Positions 52,407 to 64,000 of a DNA stretch of 64,000 nucleotides are shown in pieces. Both the position numbers and the translations under genes were made by a program. The stretch spans positions 12,400,001-12,464,000 of the forward strand of contig NC_086119.1 in assembly GCF_963921235.1 (NCBI RefSeq). The letters run 5' to 3'. Source of the stretch: Mobula hypostoma (Eukaryota). Every line of letters begins with the position of its first letter. Position 1 is the first letter of the stretch. The notes beneath the pieces are model-generated. The model was not told where the DNA came from, did not search any database, and saw nothing but the letters and a program-made list of their open reading frames with translations.

Positions 52407-54392
52407 ATGGCAGAAGCAGACCAAATGAAAAAGTACAGTGTGGTGTACCTGAAATATGGATTTATACCAGCACCAAACAACCAACACCAGCCAGTGTGTC
52501 TGTTGTGTGAAAAAGCTTTTTTCAAATGAGGCAATGAAACCGTCAAGGCTCTGAACAGTTTGAGAGAATACACTCTGATAAAGCAAACAAGAATTAGGCT
52601 TATTTTCAGTCACTTGGTGAAAAATTTCTGAAATGGAAGTCCTTCAGAACATGTTTACTAGCACTTCACAACAAAGCATTATCTTAAGAGGAAAGGCTGT
52701 TTGCATGCTTCATACAACATTCCATTGCTCATTGCTAAATCTGAAAACCCCCATACAATTGGAGAAGAACTGATTCTGCCAGCAGTATAGGAGGTTCTGA
52801 GTATAGTTCTGCATAGGTCACCTGACCAAATAATTAAAGTTTCTCCACCTAGCAACAACTGTTCAAAGATGAATAGATGAAATGTCTGGGAATGTGGAAG
52901 ACACATTGTGCAACACACTTAGGACAACAAAATTTGCTCTGCAGTTGGATGAGTCAACTTTGCCAGGCAACAAATCTTTGCTTCTTGGTTATGTTCACTT
53001 CATAAAAGATGAAAGCAAAGTTCAAAAGTTGTTAGTTGCAAGGGTATTGGAAACAGATATGAAGGGAGTCAATATTTTGGGTTGTTGAGCCAGTTTTCAT
53101 AGAGAAAGACATCCTGCTCACCAACATTTCTGCTTGTGCAACAATGGGGCACCATCATTGTTAGGGCGTCACAGTGGGGTTATTACTTTTTTGTTAGGTA
53201 CCCAACACATTTATCATTTATTGTGTAATTCACAGATGTAGGTTTTCACAAATAAAACTGTGCGAGGCATTTTGTTTCAAAAAAACATAACACATTTTAT
53301 TGAACTCAAAACCTGAACATAAAGCACGCTAGAACCCTTCATGTAATTACGTCATCACATCTGACCATCCTCTAAGTGAAACCCCAAATCAATGTCAGTC
53401 ATAGTGAATTATGCACGTTTCCACCAATCATATGACCCTACACAGACAACATCTTGTTGCAAAAAAAGCTAAATGATCAGCTGCACAAATTATTAAATTC
53501 TGTTACAAGAGCAGTAAAAAAAATCAAGTCCCATGTTCTCAATTCTTGACTATTTCAAGAGCTTCGTATTGAGAATGATGAACAGCTTGAACACCTGCTG
53601 TTGCACACAGCAGTCAGACAGCTCTCAAAAGGGAATTGCTTGAAATGCTTTTATGTGTTTTTGAAACTGTATGAAACCTTGAAATTTTTTGAAACCTCAA
53701 ATGTTTTGTTCAGTAATCAGCTTAAGAATATTAGGCATGACATTGCTTATTTGTCGGAATTATTTGCAAAGTTTAATGAAACCAATCTTCAATTGCAAGG
53801 AAATAATGTGAACCTTATTAAAGTCAAATCAGTCATCTCCACATTTCTGTCCAAGTTAACCCTATTTAAATGCAACATTGGCCATCACAAGAATTCCCAA
53901 GCCTCTCAGAGTTGGAAGAAAAAGAATACCAGATAATGATCTTCAAGTATACTGTGCCCACCTTGGTGAGTTGCATGAAGATATGTCAGAAATATTTCAA
54001 GATCTTCTCATGATCCAAATTCCAAATTGGGTAATAAATCCACTCCTGAATACTTGTAATGATGAATTAACAGGAAGAATGGAGGAAGAACTGATCTCAC
54101 TACAAAATGACTGAGCTGAAGCCAAGGTCCAAGAACATATCAAAAAATTTGGTTGCAGAAAGAAATCTCTGAATGCTATCCAGCACTGCGGAAAAAGGTC
54201 AAGATGTTCTGTAATGTCTTTCCAACATTATATTTAGTGGACCATGGTTTCAGTGGAGTTGCCCAACTTCCTTCAAAGCAACGAAACACACTGCAAATTA
54301 CTGAACGTGGGGATCTGAGACTCCTTCAAAGTGACATTCCACCTGATGTTTAAAAGCTGATATCACTGCACCAAGCTCAATCATCTCATTGA
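52407..54392 (+). pseudogene. Buster-type hAT transposase pseudogene (ZBED5/ZBED8/SCAND3-like family)
   Basis: MAEADQ..YLKYGF..PVCLLCEK.FSNEAMKPSR (BED finger), FALQLDEST, CVIHRQHL, LLLHTAVR.LSKG, FNETNLQLQG, FPT.YLV..GFS and RGDLRL. Many stops and frameshifts. Confidence 0.88.
53237..53442. mobile_element. Probable solo LTR (206 bp) interrupting the transposase CVIHR|QHL motif
   Basis: Termini TGTAGG...CCTACA, 4-bp TSD caga (53233-36, 53443-46), AATAAA on both strands. Removing it restores the transposase reading. Confidence 0.75.
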
Positions 54393-55663
54393 AAGGTGAA
54401 AAGGCAATGAAGTAGTGAATAGTAGGACTACTAACGTATGCTCTAAAATTTTCAAAGAAAATTGTTTTTACTGTAATTAAATAAAGAAACAAATTTATTT
54501 GTAGCTTTAAATAGACATGAATAATTTTTGAAATTATTTGTCACTGCTTTGAATTTTCAGTTCCTATTTTCTTTCACTGTGCATTGTGAAGCAAAATTCT
54601 TTATAGACTTTGTATAATGGCCGGAAAGGGATGTGGTCTGGGAGCCAAGGGGGCAGTACCCAAAAAAGTTTGGGAACCACTAGCATAGGTTATGGCAGTA
54701 TGTTGATCAGATAGAATTAAGAAACAATGTTTTATAACATAGTTATTCTAGCTCTATTGCAGGGGTTCCCAACCTTTGTTATGTCATGGACCAATGCCAT
54801 TAAGCAAGGGGTCCCGCAAGAGCTACATTCAAACAAACGGTATTTTCAGAATTGATACAGAACAGCAGCTATCTGTGTATCACACCTCCCTCTGAACCAC
54901 TTTTCCTTCACTTTTTCCTATGGTCTACTCTTCTCTTCTATCAAATTCCTTCTTTAGCCTTTCTACCTATCTCCCAGCTTCTTACTTCATTCCCCTCCCC
55001 ACTCACCTGGCTTCTCCCATCACCTTATAGCTTGTATTCCTTCCCCTTCCCCACTTTCTCATTCTGGCTTCTTGCCCCTTCCTTTGCAGTCATTGACTCT
55101 GTATTCCTTTCAATAGATGTTTCCTGACCTGCTGAGTTCTTCCAGCATTTTGCATGTATTTTGCATATAGCTTAACAAGCTTGTCAGTGATTTCGTCAAG
55201 ACCAACCGGCCACCATGATGAGTAAATTTGCCTTTTCAGTCAAGAAAAATTCTAAAGCTAATTTAACTCAATTCACAAAGTGCCTCAAATTGAAAATTAA
55301 CAAAAATGCAGATGATGGATATATGAAATAATACAAGAAATACTCAAGTCAGGCAGCATCTATGGAGTGAATTGGAAGGCACACACTCATCGATTCAGAA
55401 ACAGCTTCATCTCCTCTACCATCTGATTTCTGAACCCATGAAGACGACCTCATGACTTTTTTGTTTCTATTTCTGCACACTTATTTAAACAGTGTGCTGC
55501 TGATTGTGGTGTGTCAAAGCATTTGGAAGACACATCACAATCAACAGGGCATTGATAATGTCTCCTCACATGGTGACAAAACGTTTGCAAGTGAAATGCC
55601 AAGATTGGAAAACAACTCAACCCAACCATCAAGCAATCGAGCTACACATCTTCTGAATTATTT

Positions 55664-56285
55664 CTAGGCAAAGATGTATTTAGTGGTAGGGTCCCATTGA
55701 AGATGGTGAAATTTACAGAGAATGATGTCTTGCATGTAGAGAATCAAGGGTTGGTAGGCGAGGTCAAGAGTAACTCTATCCCTGTTACGGCAGCAGGAAG
55801 ATGGGGTGAGCATGGATGTCTGGGAAATGGACATGTGGGTGAAGGCAGCATCAATAACAGACACCTCTGGTGCCCTGGGAAGGAAAGCCACATCCTGGAA
55901 ACAAAGGGATTGAGAAAAGTGAACAGCATTTTTACAGGTAGAAATCGATAAGTTTATGAAATATGTCAGTAGACAGTTTGTCTCCAGAGGTGGAGACAGA
56001 GATCAAGAAAGGGGAAAGGGGTGTCAGAAATGGACAAAGTGAATTCAAGAACAGGGTGGAACTTGGAAGAAAGGTTGGCGAGCTCAGCTCAGGTCCATAA
56101 AGCACCAATATAGTCATCAATGTAGCACAGAAAGAGTCGGAAGCATTACCAGGGAAGACTTGGAACATGGACTGTGCCACATAGCCAATGAAAAGGCAGG
56201 CATAGCTGAAGCCCACGCAGGTGCCCATGGCTACCCCTTGAGTTTGGAGAAAGTGGAAGGAGCAATTGTTGAAGGTGAGGACCAG
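55664..56285 (-). mobile_element. Penelope-like element reverse transcriptase fragment (degenerate)
   Basis: Minus-strand translation FLQTQGVAMGTCVGFSYACLFIGYVAQSMF..., then LFLCYIDD after a frameshift: the PLE-type RT motifs GxxMG and YIDD. Confidence 0.8.
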
Positions 56286-56309
56286 AATCTGTAGAATCTC
56301 TTGTGTTTC

Positions 56310-57560
56310 TGATAAGGAACAGTCAGCATGGTTTCTGGTGGAAAATCATGTCTCACAAATATGATTGAATTTTTTTTGAAGAGGTTATGAAAAAGATTGA
56401 CAAGCATAGGACAGCAATTGTTGTCGGCACAGACTTTGGCAAGGCCTTTGAAGAGGTCCTGTATGCCTGGTAGGCTAGATCACAGGACCCAGGGTGAGCT
56501 AGCCAGTTGGATACAAAATACAAACGTTTGTAGATTTGATGGAAGGAGAGAGAGGGTGGGAGTGGAGAGTTGGAGCTTGGAAGTCTGTGGCCAGTGGTGT
56601 GTCACAAGGACTGGTCCAAAAAATAATTCATGAGGATATTACTGGGACTGAAAGGCTTGAGTTACGAAGAGAGGTTGTCATCTTGTCATCTACATTAATG
56701 ATTTTGATAGTAATATTGTATCCATGGTAAGTTTGCAGATGACAGCAAAGTGGTGATGGAGTGGACAATGAAGGTTACTTACAGTTACAAAAGTATCTGG
56801 ATTAACTGAGGAAGTGGAAAGGACTTACACAGTAAATACTAGGGCCCTGAAGATTGTTGCAGAGAAGAAAGACACTTCTCTGAAAGTGGAGACACAGGTA
56901 GAAGGAGTGGTGAAGAAGACATCTGGCACATTTGCCTACATTGGTCAGAGCACTGAGTATAGGAATTGGGGTATCTTGTTGAAACTGTACAAATTATTGT
57001 GAGAGACATGGAGCGGCTATAGAAAAAATGTCATTAAGTTAAAAGGGATGAAAAAAGATTCATTGGGATATTGCTGGGATTGAAGGGCTTGAGTTACAAG
57101 GAGAGGTAGGCATGAGCCTGAGAGGTGACCTTATAGGTGGTATATAAAATTATGAGGGGCATAGATAAGGTGGGCAGTCACAGTCTTTTTCTCAGGGTTA
57201 GGGAGTCTAAAATTAGAGGACATGGATATAAGGAGAGAGGAGAAAAATTTAAGAGCGATCCAAAGGGCAACATTTTCACAGAAGGTGGTGAACATGTGGA
57301 ACAAGATGCAAGAGCAAACTGTAGCAAATGGAATCTGTAAAAGACATTTGGACAGGATTGAAAAGGTTTAGAGCAGGGGTCTCCAACCTCTTTTATGCCA
57401 TGCACACCTGCTCTAAAACTTTTCAATCCGTGGACCCCAGATTGGGAACCTCCGGTTTAGAGAGATAGAAGCCAATTAGGACTAGCTCAGGTAGGCAGCT
57501 TGGTTGGCAGGGACAGATTGTGCTGAACAGCTAATTTCTATGCTGTGTAATTCTGTGACT
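56310..57560 (+). mobile_element. Old CR1 LINE fragment (others at ~4890-5830, 9940-11020, 21900-22520(-), 35120-36000, 39900-40320, 61080-62830)
   Basis: Degenerate RT and C-terminal CR1 motifs (SGVSQG, KFADD, YKIMRGIDKV). Boundaries approximate. Confidence 0.75.
57374..57454. mobile_element. 81-bp hAT MITE in a CR1 3' end
   Basis: Perfect 8-bp TSD gtttagag (57366-73, 57455-62). TIRs caggggtctccaacct / agattgggaacctccg. A related partial copy sits at ~54760-54816. Confidence 0.85.
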
Positions 57561-59609
57561 ATGGAAATTAGATACTGAGCCATGTAAAACATACTAGGGC
57601 AGATGACTGAAAGCTTGATCAAAGAGGTAGATTTTCAGGAACATCTTAAAGTAGGAATGAGAGTAAAAAAAAAAAGGCAGATTTATAAGGGAATTCTACA
57701 TTCAGTCCAGCAAGTGAGTAAACAAAGATGGTCAAAAGCCAGAACTATATAAAGATTCAAAAGATACAAGGATAGTAGCCTTGATGAGATGACACACATA
57801 GGGTGGAACATAGACTTGGAGTGATAGTTCAATGAGAAAATACTATCACCCCCCCCACTCCTCCCCCCCCCGCCATTAATTAGAAAACCCAACTTGAAAC
57901 TACTTCCCAAATATTTGAAGCTTCTCATTAACAGGACTGAACAGAGATGAACGGCTGAACTATTTTTGAAGCAGCTTAAGTTGTAGATAACATGACTGCC
58001 AATTCGCATTGACCCCACAAACTTTTACTTGTACTAATATATCTATTAATATACTAATTTCCTTATTAATTAGTCTTACACAACAGTGTTAAAAATCACT
58101 GCTACCTACATGCTGAAATGATGCCTTGTTATTGTCTTGCTAAGACAAATTGTCGTTCTTCCAGCCAACGTTCCTCCCTAGGGCAACTTCAACAAAAAGA
58201 AAACCAAATCATCCAATCTGTTACTCATTGACAGCAGGGAGGGTAGTTTGGTTCATAGTCCACATATCAAGAGACATAACCAACAACTCCCAAGGATCTT
58301 CCTGTAAAAATGCAGTGCAGTCTCATTTCTGCTCATTATTACCATCAGGGAGGAGGTACAGGAGCCTGAGGATGCACACTCAAGGCTTTAGGAACAGCTT
58401 TATCGTCCACATACTAAGATACAAAACAACAACTCTGAGAAAGATAGTACTGCATGCTTACAGGAATATTTCATTACTACCATCAGGGTATAGGAGCCTG
58501 TGGACACACACTCAACAGATAAGGTACAGCTTCTTCCCCTCTGCCATTCGAACAGTCCATGAATACCATGGCACTATTTCTATATATTTCTTATGTAACT
58601 AAAAGTAATTTTATGTATTGCACTGTACTGCTGCCGCAAAGCAACAAATTTCTCAACCTACGTCAGTGATTCTAATAAGAGTTTTTAAAAGGAACCAGAG
58701 GTACAAGTTTTTCCACACTGAAATGGGCAGGTGGAATACACCTAATTCTGGTCATTATTCAAAGATCAGCAGTTTACTTGTGGAAGATTAAGCTACGCTT
58801 CACTATTTTCTAGAATGACCTGAGTTCAACTCCCACTGCTGTCCGCAAGGAGTTCGTACAGTCTCCCCTTAACCGCCTGGGTTTCCTCCCACATTTCACA
58901 GACATACCGGTTAGAAGGTTAATTGGTCATTGTAAGTTGTCCTGTGATTAAGAGTTAGATAGGTTGGCTGCTGGGTGGTGCGACTTGTTGGACCAGAAGG
59001 GTCAGTTCCATGCAGTATCCCTAAATAAATAAATTATGTGTCAGTATATCAATGAGCATCTACAACTTCAATTGCTCTAAAATGCAAAGAAAAAAAATTG
59101 TATTTAAAGAATTCTGTTCAGAAATACATGTACAATCAAAGCCAACCACATTGCTTGTATAGCAAACACAAAAGAACCTCCTTATTATAAGTTTCGTGTC
59201 ATCCGAAGGGTTTTAATAACCTATCTCAGGTGTCCTCAACATTATATTTCAGCTCAGCCTATTGCACTCCACCTTTCTACAGAGTCTCTGCACAATTACC
59301 ACAGTGTGCACAGTGAAACTGAATACCTCAACTCTAAGTAATTTTATGAAGTGCTGGACATTTCCTCAGGAAGCTTAAGAAATAGAGCTACTGTTGACTC
59401 ACCCTGGCATTTCAAGGCATCAATCTGCAGGCAACTTTATAGTTAGGCAATTCGTGCCAAGCCTCATTAACCAGCAATTCCAGAAGAAACTCTAGCTTCT
59501 CATGACAAGTTTGTCTGCATGAGGTACAGGCTCACGGAGCAAAAAAACAAGGTGCTATGCTTAATATGCCAAACATCTGCACAGTGTGTGCCTATGAAAA
59601 CCTGTCAAG

Positions 59610-60825
59610 TATACAAGTTGCAAGTTCCTGGGTGCCAACATCTGAGGATCCATCCTGGGCCCAACATATTGATGCAATTACAAAGCATCGGGTCCACAGT
59701 CAATGCTACCTCATTGGCTCCTCATCTCTGGACAGCAAAGATGCATACATCAGGATGCTCTTTATCTTCTACAGCTCAACATTTAATATCATCCCCTCAA
59801 AACTAATCAATAAGCTTCAAGACCTTGGCCTCAATTGTGCAATTGGATCCTCGATTTCCACATTTGCAGACCCCAGTCAGTTCAGATTGGCAACAACGTC
59901 TCCTCCACAATCTCCATCAGCACAGGTGCACAACAGGGCTTTGTGCTCAGCCTCCTGCTCTACTCGCTTTACACTTACGACTGTGTGACTAAGCACAGCT
60001 CCAGTGCCACATTCAAGTTTGTTGATGACACCACTGTCATAGGCCAAATCAAAGGTGGTGACAAGTCAGCATACAGGAGGGAGACTGAAAATCAGACTGA
60101 GTAGTGCCACAGCAACAACCCTGAATCAACATCAGCAAGATCAAGGAGCTGATATTGACTTCAGAAGGAAACCATTGGTCCATGAGCCAGTCAGAGGTGG
60201 AGAGGGGCAGCAACTTTAAATCCCTCAGTGTTATCATTTCGGAAGACCTGTCCAGGGCCAATGTGCAAGTCCAATTACGAAGAAAGCCAGCAGCATCTCT
60301 AATTCCTTAGGAGCTTGAGAAGATTTGGCATAACATCTAAAACTTTAATGAAATTATACAGTTGTGTGGTGGAGAGTAAATTGACTGGCTGCATCACAGT
60401 CTGGTATGGAAACACCAATGCCCTTGAATGGAACATCCTACAAGAAGTAGTGGATACAGCCCAGTCCATCATGGGCAAAGCCCTCCCCACCGTTGAGCAC
60501 GTCGACATGAAGCGTTGTCACAGGAAGCATCATCCATCCTCAAGACCCTCCACCATTCAGATCATGCTCTCTTCTCATTGTTACCATTGAGGTAATACAA
60601 AAGCCTGAAGAAACACACATTTCAGGAACAGCTTGTTCCCCTCTGCCATCAGATCTCTGAATGGACAATGAATCCTTGAACACCTCCTCTGTATTTTTAA
60701 TCTCTCTTTCTGCACTACTAATTTCTTTATATTTTTTATTGTAATTTATGGTTTTTATTACTATGTACTGCAATACACTACTGCCACAAAACAACAAATT
60801 TTACAACATATGCTGGTGATTCTGA
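59610..60825 (+). mobile_element. Rex1/Babar-clade LINE RT and 3' end fragment (other 3' ends at 1-430, 12190-12476, 22740-24190(-), 29160-29480(-), 31170-31505)
   Basis: ORFs 59557, 59835 and 60315 ([54 protein letters not shown]). Confidence 0.82.
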
Positions 60826-62827
60826 GGAGAGTTTAAAAATGTCATGGTGCTTGCTTACAAGTTTCACTTCACACCACTTTAATACAAGTCAAATAACTGT
60901 TAGCTAATCATGACTGACTAATATACAGCAGCCAATAAAAAAGTTGGGTCAAGTAGGGCAGTCATTATGACTCCGTGGGTTTTGGTGTGAGTCAGTGGTC
61001 CAGGTGGACAAAGTGCAAACAGGAACTTTGGAAAGGCAGATCTGATTGGCTAAACAAGTGGAGATGTTTTGGAGGACATTCATATTATAAGGGAGGAGGT
61101 ATTTGCAACCTGTGGCACATTAAGGTGGATAAATCCCCAGGGCCCGACTGAATACATCTTTGAACTTTGTGGGAGGCTAGAGAGGAACTTGCAGAGGCCC
61201 TTGTGGAGATATTTGCTTCACTGTTAACCACACTAGTGAAGTTACTAAAGATTGTAAGGTGACTGTTTTTCCATTGTATAAAAAGGGTAACAAGGACAGG
61301 CTAGGGAACAACAGGCTGATCAGCCTGACATCAGTAATGGGGAAATTACTAGAGGGAATTCTGAGGGGTAGGATCGACCAGCATTGGATAGGCAGAGTCT
61401 GTTTAAGTGGAGTCAGTAGAGCTTTGTGCATGGGAAATTGTGCTTGACTAACCTTTTCATTTATTTTCCTGAAGTAACCAAAAACATACATGATGATAGG
61501 GCAGTGGATATTGTCCATTTTGATTTTAGTAAGGCATATGACAAGGTCCCTGATGAAAGGCTGATCTTTGAAGGTTATGTCCAGTGGAATCCAGGGAGGG
61601 CCAATTAGGTGGATTGAAAAATGGGTTGGAGCTAGGAAGCAGACAGTGGTGGCTGAAGGCTTTTTCTCAGAATAGAGGCTGGTGACTAGTGGTGTACCAC
61701 AGGAGTCAGTGTTGACACATTTGTAATGTTATTTATGAAAGTAATTTAAATGTGAATGCACAAGGCATGATCAGTAACTTTGCAGATGACACAAAATAAG
61801 GAGGTGGTGTTGATCGTGAAGGTTACCATAGATTACAGGGGGATCTTGGTCAATTAGGGAAGTGGACTGAGGAGTGGCAAATGGATTTCAATACAGAGAA
61901 GTAAGGTCAGACCAGTGCAGGAATGGTACTGGGGAGTGTATGGGAACTGAGGAACTTTGTGGTCAAGTACAGAATTCATTCAAAGCAACATCACTGGTAG
62001 ATGGTGGTGAAAAAGAAGATTTGTGCACTGGCCTTCGGGCAGGGTATTGAGCATAAGAGCTGAGACATTATGTTGCAGTTGTGTATGTCATTGGTGAGAC
62101 AACACTTGGAGTACTGTCTGCAGTATTAGTCACCCTGTTGTTGGAAAGGTGAAGTTGAACAGAAAGGAAGTGCACGAAAGATTCCAGGATGCTGCCAAAA
62201 TTAGAGGGCCCGAGTTGTAGGGAGAGGTTGGTCAAGCTAGGTCTGTCTTCCATGGAACATAGGAGAATAAGGGCGTCCTTATAGAAGTGTTTAAAATTGC
62301 TAGGCTGAGGAAGTGGATAGTAACAGTCTTTCTCCAGGGTAGAGGAATCTAAATGTAGGGAGCACAGATATGAGGCTGGGTAACAGTTTCTACACAGGGT
62401 GGAGAGTATATGGAACAAGTTGCCAGTTATACCTTTTCTACCTCTCACCTCCCAACTTCTCACTTCATTCCCCCTCTCCCACTCACCTTCCCCTCATCTG
62501 GTCTCACCTATCACCTTCTCGCCTTTTACTCCTTCTCACCCTCCACATTCTTATCTTGGCTTCTTCCCCCTTCCTTTCCAGTCCTGATGGTCCATAACAT
62601 TATTTATTCCACTCCATTGAAGCTACCTGAACTGCTAAGTTCCTCCGATATTTTGTGGAACTGCAGAATCTCTTGAGAGTATTACTTATGCATTTGGATA
62701 GGTCCACGGGAGGACAGAACTGAGAGGGACATGGAACGAATGCAGGAAATGAAGACTAGCTGGGTAGGCACCATGGTTTGCATTAACTTGTTGGCCCAAA
62801 GGGCTTTTATCTGTGCTGTATTGCTCT

Positions 62828-62968
62828 AATCACAAACAAGAGAAAATCAGCAGATACTGGAAATCTGAGCAAGGTGTCCTGCCGAGGGTTTTTGGCCAGA
62901 AACGTTGACTGTACTCTTTTCCTAGATGCTGCCTAGCCTGCTGAGTTCCTCCACAATTTTGTATGCAT
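62828..62968. mobile_element. Hammerhead-bearing short element with a partial inverted 5' arm
   Basis: Perfect 14-bp TSD tgctgtattgctct at 62814-62827 and 62969-62982. Motif gtcctgccgagggtttttggccaGAAACGTTgactgt. Confidence 0.78.
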
Positions 62969-64000
62969 TGCTGTATTGCTCTCACTCTAGCTTTGGCCCC
63001 TTTACTTAAGGAGGAAGGTGTCTAAGAGGCAATTCAGAAAATAATTTCTTAGTTGGGTTCTGGAGATGAAGCTGGTCATGAGAGCAAAGTTGGTTCAACT
63101 TTTAATCATTGAATTTTAAATCTTTACAGTAGGGTTTGTCAAGAGCAAAGTAGATGCTGAGTGGATATTTCTTCTCATGGAGAAATGGGGACTACAGTTT
63201 CAGAATGGTGGGTTACCTATTTAAGATAGACAAAAGGAAATTTCTTTTCTCAAAGTACTGTGAACTTGAGAAACAGAGACACAATTTGTGGGGGATGAAT
63301 CATTGAACATTTTCAAGGTTGAAATAGGTAAATTTTTGGTCTATGACGATTCAAGGAGTTGATGAACATTCAATAAAAGTGCAGCTAAGGCCAAGATCAG
63401 TTCTCCCCATAACAAAACCTCTCCAGCTCTGACAACATCTTTAGAAACCTTACCTGAATCCTTCTAGTGCTAATACATCCTTTCTCCAATATCATGACCA
63501 GAACTTTCTGCCAGGATCCAGCTGTGGTCAAACAGCTCCAGCATTACATTTCATTTTCTATCCCTTGGCTAATAAAAGCATATATTAATCATTTCTCCGT
63601 GGGAATTACCCAACATCCTGATAATTATCATCCCTTGTTCAGCACCACTAAAGACGAGTCATAGAATAGTACAGGCCCTTTGGCCCACAATGTTGTGCTG
63701 ACCCTTTAACCTACTCCATGATCAGTCGAACCCTTCTCTCTCACACATAGCCCTCCATTTTTCTCATTCCTCAGGCAAGTCTGCAGTAAGCAAATTTATC
63801 ATTCTTCCAATACATTTCCCTCTTCAAAACATCAAAAGTATTAACTATTACTTTTGAATCTTTAAAATCTGTACAACTGCAATATAAATCTGTCAGTACC
63901 AATGCAGACATTGAAATGTTTTCCAACACACTTCTGCCTGAGAATGGACTACATACACACTACCTCCTATTCTGTGTACTTATTGATATGGTATCCATGC

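Larger units (their letters stand above)
50768..54682 (+). mobile_element. Full-length but decayed hAT transposon of the Buster/Charlie group, with nested insertions
   Basis: TIRs cagtggttcccaaa (50768) / tttgggaaccacta (ends 54682). Degenerate 8-bp TSD ataaaggt / gcataggt (5/8, with central TA on the right). Confidence 0.85.

Noticed and set aside
52407-54392. Functional ZBED5/ZBED8/SCAND3 host gene nested in NF1
   Set aside because: Multiple stops and frameshifts, an insertion in a conserved motif and flanking TIRs show a dead transposon.
1-64000. NF1-embedded genes OMG, EVI2A and EVI2B
   Set aside because: These lie in a much more 3' NF1 intron, and no long single-exon ORF resembling them is present here.

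Overview
Eukaryotic, repeat-dense vertebrate DNA. The repeat landscape (CR1, Rex1/Babar, V-SINEs, Penelope-derived repeats) suggests a cartilaginous fish, probably a ray; this is inference. The only host gene is neurofibromin (NF1) on the minus strand: coding exons 2 (36948-37091, 144 bp), 3 (33646-33729, 84 bp) and 4 (25302-25492, 191 bp), with canonical AG/GT sites and the exon lengths and phases I recall for human NF1. I could not find exon 1 or exon 5, so the rest of the window appears to be NF1 intron. It is filled with decayed transposons: CR1 and Rex1/Babar LINE fragments, an R4/Rex6-like RLE retrotransposon beside a (TA/CA)n tract, a Penelope RT fragment, a ~3.9-kb Buster-type hAT element with three nested insertions, hAT and Tigger MITEs, a Tc1 remnant and tRNA-derived V-SINEs. 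The most notable signal is a family of short, TSD-flanked, often palindromic retroelements that carry a minimal hammerhead-ribozyme motif (CTGAnGA-stem II-GAAA-CGTC), in several copies back-to-back in both polarities. Two DNA-repair scars are also visible: a 170-bp templated insertion inside a CR1, and a 23-bp inverted template switch inside a MITE. Nearly all ORFs in the supplied track are transposon remnants or noise.
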